This document shows positions 50,428 to 62,174 of a stretch of 64,000 nucleotides of DNA, piece after piece; position 1 is the first letter of the stretch; each line of letters begins with the position of its first letter. The DNA is taken from positions 93,064,001-93,128,000 of the forward strand of contig NC_086107.1 in NCBI RefSeq assembly GCF_963921235.1, written 5' to 3'. The position numbers and the translations under genes are program-made. Source of the DNA: Mobula hypostoma. Lineage: Eukaryota. A model generated the notes under the pieces. It searched no databases. It was not told where the DNA came from and saw nothing but the letters and a program-made list of their open reading frames with translations.

Positions 50428-52343
50428 AAAATTAGCAGAGGGAGAGAGGTAGAGCGCAAAACATATAGAGATAGTAAGAGCCGAGTGAGATGAACATAGA
50501 CCTTTCTCTGTTATATTAAATCAATGTAAATATAGCCTCAAAGTTGGAGAACTAAAAAGTATGTCTATGTTTGCACCTGACCCAGAAATAAATAACACTG
50601 TTATTAATTTCTGAGGAATCTATTGCAAATTTGATTTTAAGTTAACAGAGATGTTGGCGCGGCCTGTACTATTGGAGACATATTTTGTACATTCTGCATA
50701 AAGTCCTCTATATTATAAGGGGTACTGCAACTAACCTGGAACCCACAGGATAGGGGGTAAATGGTTGTGCATTGCGCTTACTGTACTAGTCAACGCTGCG
50801 CAGATATGATCTTAAAAAGCTCGAAGAAACTATTTGTACTTTCAAGATAAAACATTCCAAACATAGGCTGATTTAGGAAAATATGTTGAAGATTCGTGCA
50901 GTTTCACCTCGCTTTTTCATTGTATAATCAATGCAATTTACTAAAAAATAAAACAACCATGAGCATGTGAAGAAAATGTGCTGGGGTATCTTTAGGGTTG
51001 GTTCTGCGTCCTGGCGCGGACGGAGACTGTCTGGTTATTTTCACGCACTGTTGCTGAATTAAAATGCAACAAGCTCCAGTCTGTCGGAGAATGCACAGGT
51101 CTTTGAAACAAAATGTATAATGGTTTAAATATCAGGATGTTTAATTAGTTCCTTGAATTAATGAAAAAAAAAACTGCAATAAAATTAGTCAAAGATCCAG
51201 CTTGCTATGCCGTGTTCAGACAGTAAACATAAAGGTGTTTCCCTCTTGGCCCCAGCAGTTTATACCTGCCAGTGAAAGTACACACTGCATATGTATCATT
51301 GTGTGCGCGATATTATGCATCAGAGTAAGTTATATAAAGAAAATGAATACATGTTAGAATATATGTGAGAACGGACGTATTAAGTCGTGCGTTAGAATGT
51401 GTGCGTGTTAAATAACTTGTGCGCGCCAGTGTGTTATATCTGTTGACTTTGTGTATATATGTTTTGAGTGACTATGTGTGTGTGTGTTTGTTAAATTGTG
51501 TTGAACTTTGTAAATTTAACAGTGTACATGTTTGTGAGACTGTGTGTAATGTGGTGTATATGTGTGTGTGTATGTGTGCGCGCGCGCTTGAAAGCTAAGA
51601 TTCAAGTTTTGCTCTGTCAAGTCACCATACAGTTTATTTTTTTTGGGGGGGGGGTCCTCTTTGTACAGTCAATTAACTTGGAGTGAATTACTTTCCTAAT
51701 GATTATTACGCTATAAGTCTTTTCGCCCTGTTGACTATTCAGTGAGTTATTTTGCAGGCTTGGCTGCTGTTTGTTGTTGTTGTTTGGTGGCCCGCCGTTG
51801 AATGAAGGCGAGCAGAAGCCAACACACCGACGGGCACCTGCAATCCAGAAGCTTGGCCGGTATGGGCTGCAGCTCGGGTGTGCACTGATGGGACGCTGAA
51901 GGGCTGAATTAAAAAGGAAGGGGTTTAATGACGAAGAGCGCGGGTTGATGGTATCACTGACTGATAAATGATTTTTGTTTAACGAGGCGAGTTTCTTCTT
52001 CTGTGGGGTTTACTGGTGAGGTGCCGTGTCTTTCCAGCTGTTCAACACCTTTCGCCATCACCAACCTATTCCCACAGTTTAATCTCTGCCAGTATAAAGT
52101 TGGCCTTAACTAAAATGCGTCGTCTTCTTTGGGGGGCGGGGGGGGGGGTGATTTACAAAGGGATGCATAAAGGCCAGGGACTAACGCGCGCCCAGTTTCT
52201 CTCTGACCTCATCTCCAACCCTCGCCCCTCAAATCTACACCCAAAATCTAACGAACAGATCAATTGAAGGACCGGGGTTGGCTTCTCGGGAAGTTCAGTG
52301 ATAGGCAAATGGAGGCTCATTTGGTTTCTCCAACGATGTCAGT

Positions 52344-52435
52344 GTCCTCCCTCAAACGCTTTTTGTGGTAAGGGCTTTCCGACCAGATATAGGAAGCAAC
52401 AGAAAGCCCAGACCGCAAAAAGATCCGAGGGGGAC
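52344..52435 (-). ncRNA. mir-129: microRNA precursor, mir-129 family
   Basis: Minus-strand 5p arm CUUUUUGCGGUCUGGGCUUUC (52422-52402) and 3p arm AAGCCCUUACCACAAAAAGCGU (52377-52356) match miR-129-5p/3p. The basal stem extends as gtccccctcggat / gtttgagggaggac. Confidence 0.96.
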
Positions 52436-52788
52436 TTGGATCTCCTTTCATGGCCTTGCAGGATAGCAGCGATTCCTGGATCCATCCACAGCCTTCTCCG
52501 GTCTTGCCTTCAAGGGACCTTTCTCCCATCACCGAGCACTTCCCTCGTTTTTTTTTGCTCAGATATTCATTTTTGGAAGAGGGGTCCCTACATCCCTCTA
52601 ATCACAACCCCTCCCGCTGCTCGTTTTTGTTTTAAAGCGAGTGAGGCTATTTAACCAGCTCTCCCTTGCAAGGCGCAACGTTCGTGTTCGCCTTCATTCC
52701 CTTTTCTCGTCGGCTCCCTCCCTCTCGCTGCTCCTCTCACTCTCGCAGTCTGGTGAATCTGCGTAAAAAAAGAATCTAACCTCCAACC

Positions 52789-52973
52789 TGAGTCAGTTAT
52801 TAAATAGCAATGCGTGCGCATGTGCAAACCCGGCCCGGCGTCAAAGCACGTCCCTCTCAGCCTATCGCGTTCGCGCTTTGCACGGCTCTGCCTCTCGAAA
52901 CCACCCTTTGCAGACCAGTCTCCTGAAACTCTCGCCAGCCTCTCTACTTCACCGTTGGCAAGCAGTCTATTGG
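52789..52973. promoter_or_regulatory. Motif cluster upstream of mir-129: AP-1, NRF1-like, CCAAT
   Basis: TGAGTCA 52789-52795; TGCGCATGTGCA 52815-52826; ATTGG 52969-52973. Motif matches only. Confidence 0.4.
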
Positions 52974-53535
52974 CTCCGTTGCCCGCCATTCGCAAAACTT
53001 TAACCCTCCAGTTCAACACTTTCCAGACAAGCATTCCAGGCTCCGAAGCCCCACGCCTTTCTCCCAATTTTTTTCTCTACCATCCCTTTACCACAGCCGC
53101 GTTCCAAAGCCTCAATCATTGTCATCTGTCACCGCGGTCACCCCTGCAGCCCATTTCTTCCCCCCGACCCTTCCCACCGCAGCATTGAGTACGTTTATCT
53201 TCCCAAAGACCTTCCTAAATCGCCCAAGCCCACGCAATCTAAATCTGAGGCGATCTCGTCTTCCACCACTCCGCCGAGAACATTTTGCTAGCCTTTTTTT
53301 CTCACTCACCCCACAATCATTTCTTTCAAGACTTAATCTTGCTATACTCTTCATAGGCTTACACCTCCCCGCTCCGCACCCCAAGCCCCATGTATTCAAT
53401 TCTGAGCATCACATTCTATGGGAATAATGCTCGTGGCTCCGGGAAAATGCCGAAGAGATTTTCTAAACTGGTTTCAGGGACGGAAGGGTTCTGTTATATG
53501 GAGAGGCTAAATAAAATAAAATATTCTTTCTTGTT

Positions 53536-53645
53536 AACACACACACACACACACACGCACAGTGCTGGAGGAACTCAGCACGTCACACGGCATCTATAGA
53601 AAAGAATAAACAGTCGAAGTTTCGGGCCTAGACACCATCAGAACT
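53536..53645 (-). mobile_element. Penelope-derived mini-element (another degenerate pair at ~54675-54852)
   Basis: tgctggaggaactcagca..aataaacagtcgaagtttcgggcc..catcag. Confidence 0.65.
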
Positions 53646-54140
53646 GCAATCTTTCTTAGGGCAGGTTAAGGGGAGATTTAATGGAGGGGTTCAGCATTGT
53701 GAACGTGGGAGTATTGTCAGACTGTTTCCGCTGGTAGATATTGGAAACTCATTCAATATAATTGACAAGACAGCCAAATGGGCGTCGACAATTCTTTTGT
53801 CGCCGCCAATTGTGCTCTGGAATATTCATCCTGGAATGGCGGTGGAAACAGATATAACGGGAACATTCAAAATAGAATTGGGAAATTGTTTAATCCAAAA
53901 AAGAAAATATTTTCAGAACTGCGGGAAAGTGAGCAGAGCTTTTGGACTAATTGTATAGACCAGTGACAGCAAGTTTGAGGGCAAGTGGTCTCTTTGTAGA
54001 TGTGCTACCATGGCTCACCTTCTCTGTGATGGTCTTTTTCTCTTCACTGAACCAATCTCATTCAAAGCAAGCTTCAGTCAGGCTACCTTCTTTAAATGTT
54101 TCCCCGTGTCTTTAACTTGTTGACACCCTACTGTACACAG

Positions 54141-54181
<41 letters not shown>

Positions 54182-54329
54182 CACACACAACTGTACACAA
54201 ATACTTTCTCACACACACACCTATAGGCTGTAGGTGCTTCGCAGAATAAATTATTACAAATTGCACCGTGTTATACTGCATGTTATATTGCATGTGTTTG
54301 TTTTAAACAGGCGTTGGACTTGATTGTAC

Positions 54330-54555
54330 GTCTTTTTTTTAAAACAGAGTCGTGGGTGCTTGGAGAGTGCTGCCAGGGGTGGTGGTAGAGGCAGATACAC
54401 TAAGGGCATTTAAAAGGCTCTTAGGCGTATGGATGGAAGAATAATAGAGTGCTATGTGGGAGAGAAGGGTTAGATTGATCTTAGAGTGGCCCAAAAGATT
54501 GGCATAACTTTGTGGGCCGAAGGGCATGCACTGTTCAATGTCCTATGTTCTAATC
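54330..54555 (+). mobile_element. CR1 3' fragment
   Basis: cagagtcgtgggtgcttgg..gtgggccgaagggc..ctatgttcta. Confidence 0.75.
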
Positions 54556-57055
54556 ATGGCAGATAAATCTCTTCCCAACGTCCATTTGCTGTAAAAATCT
54601 ATATCTTAATCTTTATATACATATATATAGCCTCTAAGTTAAATATAAGAAGATGGTGGCTGATATACGTGTAAAGGAGACACAAGAGGCTATAAATGCT
54701 GAAAACTGTAGCAATGTTCTGAGGGAGGAACTCAGTCGTTCAGAGAGAATCTATCTGTGTACTTAGCCTATCATTCACTCTATCTTTCAAATGAAGGGTC
54801 TTGACCAGAAAGGCCAACTGTCCAATTCTATCCACAGATGCTGCCTGACCTTCTAGATAATATTTAATTTACCTCTATCGACAGGAACCGGGACAAACAG
54901 ATTTGTGCCTGCACTCTATGTGTATTTCTGCAGGAAACAGTTTTACAATTGGGATGAAGACTCCTTCAAAGAGAGACTACCGTCCCCAAATAGAGATGGG
55001 ATCTTGGGAGTCAGACTCTGGGCATGCACAGTATGAGAGCCTGGCATATCTCCAAACACGGGGTGGGAAGGGAGGTATCCACTGACCAGCAAATCCAAAT
55101 TCACTGAAGCTGCTGTCCCGAGAAACCTACTATTGTGCTCATTTAAATACCCATATTTAAGAATGTGTGCACTGAAGAACTTACCAGTTGTTGGTACCTT
55201 GATGCTTCGACTAGTGGATACGTCAAAGGGTAAAGATTAGCTCCTAAGGCATTGCTATTGCTTCTGACGTAGAGTATTTTATTACACTTTGTATTTACCA
55301 CTCACAATATTTTACAATGTTTTCTCTGGTCCGCCGGCTCGCGCCAGAGAATTCTGTTACCTCTTCATTATCTCGCCAGAAAGTACTTTCAGACGTGAAG
55401 CGGCCCACAGTGAAGGTCCGAGTACAGAGCGCTTTGTTTCTTAGCTGAGTTCTCTGCGGACGGACTAGAGATAGTCCCAACAAAAGTTTTACCTCGCCAA
55501 CTCTTCTCAGTCCCCCCTCCTCAGTCCACAGGCACTGAGGTGAATTGCACTGTTTTCTATTAGATCTCAGCACAAGACAATTCAACACTTTCCTATCGCT
55601 TCACCGGGAAAGTGTACACAGGGGAATCATTTCTGAGTTAGTGTCTAAACATAGATTGGACATTACAGTGCGTGAAGAGAGAATAGTGGCAAACAACTGT
55701 GACAAGCCTTCGCACCACCCCCCCCCCCGCCCCAACACACACACACACACACACACACACACATCAAGAATGTCTAGCTTATTTACTGCTGTCCATTGGT
55801 TGGAAAACCAACACGCCTCGTCCCCAACCTCGTAACCATGGGTTAGATTAGTAGGAAAGAGGACCCATAAAGTGAAAGGCATATCCCGCCCACACTCTGC
55901 TACCCAGACTCTGCTGTGTTATTTATGAGCCCCCCACATTATTTGCTTGCCAGATAGGGGCGGTGGTAGGTTCACGATAGCCGACGTAAAAGTTGGCTAA
56001 CGAGGCGGGGTTGGGTCTTATTCTGGTCCACTGCCCCGCCCCCTCTAAAATAAGGAAGTAAACAATAAGTTATTGCGTTATTGGAGACTGCGTTTGACTG
56101 CGCCGAGGTACTCAAATAAATCATTGCGGTACCCTGAAGAATCAGCCATACAACCCTCAGTTCCTCCCTCCAAAGTCCACACTAGTTTCTTGTAGGCAAA
56201 ATGTATATTTCAATACGATCAATATAAACACTTCCCGTCCGCTCTCTCTCTCTCTGTCTCTCTTTGCCTCTCTTTCTTTCTGTTTCTCTCTTTCTGTTCG
56301 TCTCTTTCTCAGTTCTCTGTCTCTGCCTCTCTCTCTTACACAAACTCTTTCTCTGTCTTACACAAACACACACACACACACACACACAACCGTCCCTTAT
56401 TAAACGTGCAGGAAGAATCCCCAAATTAACCTAAACCCGATTCCAGGATCTCTCCTGTCAGACTGGGTGCAGCCGGCACAGAGCAGCGCGTAGCAAGTAA
56501 AGCTTAGAATAACTGACCTCTACATCCCGCTCTGGCCGCCCGCTCTCTTTCAACTGCACATTTCCTCTGCTGCTCAAGCTGAACAAGCAAACATCTGTAC
56601 CTGAGATTTAGAGAGAGGCAGGAGTCATGCCGACATATCGCGCTGTTCTAATTGACGCGGCATCCTCGCTGTTTTCGCGGGGAAGTATTGGCTTCAGAAG
56701 CCACGTCTTCACACACTGCGGAGCCGAACTGCCTCGTTATTTATACCACAAACCATCGCCTGTATCTCTCCGTTGAACTCACAGCTTTATCCCGGCTTTT
56801 AACTTTCGCAGTGCCTGTTGCCTCATGGTCTCGCGCAACTCGCTCTCACAAGCATCCCGGATTTGGAGAAATATATAAATAAACAGTATTGCTAAAAATA
56901 ACGCGCGTACCTGCTTGTTGCCATCCCTCCGCGCTGGATTCCCTCTCGGATAGAAGTGATATTTCAATGTTAGACGGCACACTGTCAAGATGTACACAGA
57001 ACAGAATAGCCCTGTGTCTGAGAGACTGATTGAAAACATCTCTCTCGCTCTCTTT

Positions 57056-57088
<33 letters not shown>

Positions 57089-57304
57089 ATACACACACAT
57101 ACACAGCATAACAACCTCCTCGCTATACCATTTCACAGTCACGATTTCTGGGAACCTCCATCTCTCTGTACATGACGCATCCCTGGGGCAGTCACGACTA
57201 GGACTCGCTGCTTTACACCAATCACATTTTTTTTATTATACCTTAAAAAAACAAGTACTGGCACATAAAGTACTTGAAGTTACCCCGTCTGCAGAGCTGC
57301 AGAT

Positions 57305-57325
57305 TTCAGCACCACGGACAGCCTC
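57305..57325 (+). promoter_or_regulatory. RE1/NRSE (REST-binding silencer)
   Basis: TTCAGCACCACGGACAGCCTC matches consensus TTCAGCACCACGGACAGCGCC at the first 18 positions with canonical 2-bp spacing. Confidence 0.9.
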
Positions 57326-57369
57326 CTGGTTAGGCGATGTGCTCGCTGCACCCCCCCCCCCACTCTTCT

Positions 57370-57456
57370 CTCATTTTCTTTCCTCTCTCTTTATCTCTTT
57401 TCTGTCTTTCTCTTTCTTTTTCTCTTCTCTCTCTCCCCCTCTCTCTCTTTCTCTCT

Positions 57457-57499
<43 letters not shown>

Positions 57500-57500
57500 C

Positions 57501-57542
<42 letters not shown>
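57370..57542. repeat. Polypyrimidine tract followed by (CA)n microsatellite
   Basis: Directly visible. Other (CA)n tracts occur at ~49765, 54143, 55735, 56365 and 57090. Confidence 0.95.
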
Positions 57543-57544
<2 letters not shown>

Positions 57545-58289
57545 TTCCATTAAGGGCTTGTAGGGGAATCCCACTTTCAACTCTGCTGTTTGTTATTTAT
57601 GGTTCTTCATCGATTAGAAAGGTCGGCATTATTCCTGGCCATTCCATGAATTGGTGAAATTAGAATTCTTATATAGCCCTGGCTCAGGAGTCCCTTCAAC
57701 ATCCACTTCTAAACCCTGGACTTTGAGCAGTTGACTCTCAGCACCCCGACATCGTCCCTCAATTGGTGCAACTTGTTAAATTAACAATTTTTGTTATATA
57801 CTGCATACTGTATACCTAAAGCTATCTGAAGCACTGAATGGGAAGAGGGCCCTACTCCAGAAATGTTCCTTTGGCGAACTAATCACCCCAAGGTTACATT
57901 CAATGGAAAGATGAAGTTATCAAGGCATATTATTGATGCAAACCCATCATCTATCACCCCATTCTCAGTGAAGTACCTTTGGACGCTATACTGATGAACT
58001 GGTCACTGCACCTGTAGTTATTTTATGATAAGATAATGGATTGATTAGAGCTAACAAAGGAATGTGCACCATTTTAGACTGTAGTTTTATGGAGTTTGCC
58101 AATCTGAATCGTTAATTAATCAGATTATAAGGATACAGGTGAATTAAACTTTTTCTTCTTCCTGTCTACTCTGAACATCCATGCTTATATATCATCCATG
58201 AATGAGTACAATCATTTACCCCTGGACGACCCATCCAGAACTATTACTAAGTGCAACAGATCGGAATGGGTTACTTATTGTTCATAGAG

Positions 58290-58620
58290 TTCATTGGAGA
58301 CATATAGCATGGAAAATAACCCTTTGGCCCCTGAGTTTGTGCCAACCATCAAGCACCCATTTACACTTTATACTTTAATCCCACTATATTCCCATCTTCC
58401 CTTGAACCTCCTCCACAATCCTCGCCCCCAAGTTTCTAACACTTACTGACACAGTAGGGTTGGTTTACAGTGGCCAAATTGACCTACCAACTAGCACATC
58501 TCTGGGATATGAAAGGGAAAGTGGATCATCATTTCGAAACCTACATGGTCGCAGAGAGAAGATGCAAACCCCAGGATGAAACCCAGGGCACTGGTGCTGC
58601 GAGGCAGTGGCTCTACTGAC
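58290..58620 (-). mobile_element. Degenerate tRNA-derived SINE with CR1-like tail
   Basis: cacatctctgggatatgaaagggaaagtgga..gaaacctacatggtc..ctgcgaggcagtggctcta. Confidence 0.55.
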
Positions 58621-58731
58621 TATATTTGCTGTACTACTGCAATGTTATCTCTTCAGTAGTGGCTATTCCACAGGAAAACAGCTGGTGAAGTAGATGGACA
58701 TTTACTAGGGAGAGCTAATAAATGAGCAGAC

Positions 58732-59300
58732 CCCATAGTAATGGGATTACTTCAATGAAGTCTGATGTTCTCCTAAGGGGTTGCCTATTGGTGGATCTTC
58801 AGGTGGCTGTAGAGGCTGATCCAGGACCCACATATTCTGAGGAACTTGCAGACCGCGAAATCTTGCCATTTTCACCACTTGCTGATCACTATGAGACTTA
58901 ATATGGGATGTTAGAGTGGATTCTCTTAATGGAGAATCCCTGTGCATGACTTTATTTAACGCGAGGAGGCTGATGTATGGGCACCCACCACATGTTCCTT
59001 GACTGATCAGAGCCAGGGTCCAGTGGCATGGATTTCAAGATGACTGGGGACTCCTCACTGTTGCAGCCTTTCTCTGCCTTCACTGCCACTGTGACATATT
59101 ATTATCTTCTGCCAGCTCCACCATCGAGGTTTTAGTTGGACCATTCTTTGTCAGGAACATTCCCGAAGATCTTACTGCCATGGTTGACCATGGGTGTCAT
59201 GGCTAAGCACCAGGTGACTAAACTTCTGGCAGCATCACTCCCAGGATCTCAGGAACTCTCAAGCCTCTCCATCATCACAAAGTGACAATCAAGTTCGGAG
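58732..59300 (-). mobile_element. Non-autonomous bipartite RTE derivative, second copy
   Basis: Co-linear with 138-575. The minus strand begins gattgtcactttgtgatgatggagaggcttg (Expander/Rex3-like 5' UTR). Confidence 0.6.
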
Positions 59301-60136
59301 AAGACAGGCTGTCATATCTCTCAGTGACCAGCAATCACCAGTAAGTGGAGTGAATCGGAAGCTATGGATATTGTACTTGTCCGATGGGGAAGGCTGAGCA
59401 GGATTCCTGGAAGTACTTTAAGATGTTGAAAATTATTGCAGATTCCTATTCAACTGATTTATTGTATTCACTAAAGGGTGCAAGGACTGAAGGTCAAGCA
59501 ATATATTAGAGAGAAAAGACATTCAAATAAAACTCAAAAGGTAAATAACACAGAATCATTTAGAATAGAATTTTTCAGTGGTTGATATGGACTGGGTTGG
59601 GATGAGAGGGTTGACTGCAGAGAAAAGAGTTCGAAGAATTGGATGACAAGATGATCATATTGGATGAATTTTATGCAAAATCATCACTTCCTTTATTTCA
59701 AGAACCATTCATATATTAGACCTGTACATATACCTGCTGATGTAAATTAATTAAAGTTAAATGACAAGAAAAACATTGATAAATTCCATTGAGATTATAT
59801 CCGATTCAGGAAAACAAAAATGCAGCAAATCATGGCAAATAAATTAAACTGCAATTGTTGATATATGTTTTCTTTTATTTCACTATTTTCAGGATCAAGG
59901 TAATGATGTAAAATGCCATGTTCCTGAAAGAGTTAGCAGTTTTTATTCACTCCACTGCAGAGATTAAATGAGTTGACATATCACAAAATGCAAAGTGTAC
60001 TTTGTTTTTTTTTTGGGAGAAGCAGGTTAATTGGGCCAAGAAATAGTTTTGTGTTTCATACTTACTTTCACTTCTGATGGATATGTACAGAATGAGTGCC
60101 AGAGCCTACAGGTTCACTTACCTGTTCACTGTATTG

Positions 60137-60137
<1 letters not shown>

Positions 60138-60178
<41 letters not shown>

Positions 60179-60201
60179 GACAGAGAGAGAGTGAGAAAGA
60201 C

Positions 60202-60242
<41 letters not shown>

Positions 60243-60265
60243 GACAGAGACAGAGTGAGAAAGAC

Positions 60266-60312
<47 letters not shown>

Positions 60313-60343
60313 TGGAGACAGACAGAGACAGAGTGAGAAAGAC

Positions 60344-60388
<45 letters not shown>

Positions 60389-60426
60389 TGGAGACAGACA
60401 GAGACAGAGACAGAGACAGAGAGAGA
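60138..60426. repeat. Compound (GA)n/(GACA)n microsatellite with higher-order repetition
   Basis: The marker gagtgagaaagaca recurs three times between (GA)n and (GACA)n blocks. Confidence 0.95.
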
Positions 60427-61228
60427 TGAACAAACTAACTGATCTTTTCTCCTGTGGAATCTTGTCACTCCTGAATTTGGAAGGTATAGCATTCATCATA
60501 GTTCTTTGACATTATCCAGTGCCTCTGTTGGAAAAGCACAATTGGAAAGATTGGGTGACAGTAATTCAATCTCAGTATAATGTCTTTGCTGCTTGAACTG
60601 CAGGCCAACACTCCAATATTAACTTCACACTAATATCCAAACTGATATTGGGAACAACCATTGCTATTGTACTCAGGATGATCATGAAGAAGTAAACAAT
60701 GGTCAATCATACTACAATTCTAATACTTCACGTCAGTCAGACCTGTTCTTGCTGATATTTATTTTCCAAGCTCTTTGTTCAAGCAGAATTTATCCAAATC
60801 TCTGGCTTGGTTAAACCTAATTGGTACTGGCCATCACACGCGGCTGAGTGTTTATTCTCTCAATTTCCAAGTGTGGATGTACTCTAATGGATTGGAATGT
60901 ACAACAAGATGATCACCTGATAAAAATCCTGATGGGATTTTGCAGTCTTGGTTGGGAATATTTCTTGCTCCTTCAATTAAAGCATAAAAATTAGCATTAT
61001 TCTTAGAAGAAATTAAATGCTGGCAGGTTGACCTCCCGTCGAAGACATCAATGCAGAGGTTATTCCCATTCACTGAACCTCCACGTATACACATTTTTTG
61101 TTGAGTCACAGGACATCAGGTGTTCTGAATGTCAACATATGGTGTAGTATCAATCTCTAATTGTCTCATAACATTAGTGACTTCCTAGAACCAGTTATTT
61201 TTTTCCTTTAAGGACATTAGCAAGCCAT

Positions 61229-61680
61229 TGCAACACACAAAATGCAGAAGGAACTCAGCAGGTCGGGCAGCATTTATGAAGAGGAATAAAGAGTCGATAT
61301 TTTTAACTGAAAGATCTCAGCCCAAAATGTCATTTCCTTATTCCTCTCCATAGCTACTGGCTCACTTGCTGAGTTCCTCCAGCATTTTGTGTATGTTAAA
61401 CCATGCAATTGTTGGACAAGAATGCTGGTTATTGCCATGACATAATAAATGCCACAGTCTCATTGTACACAGCAAGGTATCACAAACAGCAGTTGTGCCA
61501 GAGAACTTGCGTTAGTGGAGATACCGGAAACTGCAGGTGCTGGAATCCGAAGTGACACACAAGATGCTGGAGGAACTCTGCAGGTCGGGCAGCAGCTATG
61601 GAGGGGAATAAACAGTTGACGTTTCAGGCTGAGACCCTTCATCAGGACCGGAAAGGAAGGGGGAAGAAGCCGGAATAGTG
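61229..61680. mobile_element. Two Penelope-derived mini-elements: inverted pair 61229-61397 and minus-strand copy 61520-61680 with intact core
   Basis: The second copy reads ggtc-CTGATGA-agggtctcagcct-GAAA-cGTC-aactg on the minus strand. Confidence 0.8.
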
Positions 61681-62174
61681 AATCATTGAGATCTTTACCA
61701 CAATCTAGTATCTTCATTGTTAATATATATAATTGTCATTATCCTTATATTGCCCAGAGCCAACAAATGCTGCTCATACATTAACCCCTTCATTACTGGA
61801 ATCATTCTTCTGAACATCCTTTGGACCCTCTCCAATGTTAGCACATCCTTTCTCAGATAAGGGGCCCAGAACTGCTCACAATACTCCAAGTGCTTACTGA
61901 TTCATTGGCAATATCATGCTTTCTTCTAACAATGTGGAAACTTTTGTGCAGGGAAAAGAGACAGCCAGTTTGCACATATCAAGGTACCAAAAATGCTGGA
62001 AAGAAATAAAGAAGTTGCATTTGCATTGAGCCATACACATTCTTTACATACTGCAATCAATTTTACGGACAATAATGCACTTAAGGGGACCTAGCTTCTT
62101 GCTTTATGGGAAGAAACATGTAAACCAGTTTGAACACTGCAGGACAGAGCATCTTCAAGACAGGGTTGAATCAC

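Larger units (their letters stand above)
47400..57360. promoter_or_regulatory. CpG-rich, comparatively repeat-poor regulatory domain around mir-129
   Basis: CpG is visibly abundant relative to the rest of the window (dense at 47500-48000, 51780-53300, 55330-57350). GC boxes at 55957 and 56033. Only short TE fragments are present. Confidence 0.7.

Noticed and set aside
52298..53427. Overlapping ORFs of 60-140 aa in the CpG-rich region as a protein-coding gene
   Set aside because: No recognisable domains. Such ORFs are expected in GC-rich DNA, and some overlap the miRNA hairpin.
55950..55966. CTCF-like motif (ccagataggggcgg), and a similar one at ~50102
   Set aside because: Too many mismatches to the core consensus to support.
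56887..56910. miR-137-like string tattgctaaaaataacgcgcgtac
   Set aside because: It has several mismatches and indels, and there is no complementary arm or hairpin.
56892..56924. Minus-strand MATSRY resembling the CDK4 N-terminus
   Set aside because: A stop follows after 10 codons and no kinase exons were found in the window.
57738..57754. Second RE1 site (TCAGCACCccgacatc)
   Set aside because: Only the left half-site matches; the right half and spacing are wrong.
60031..60509. ORFs of 75-143 aa in several frames
   Set aside because: Translations of microsatellite sequence; the same applies to ORFs at 26767, 50160, 56182 and 57030.
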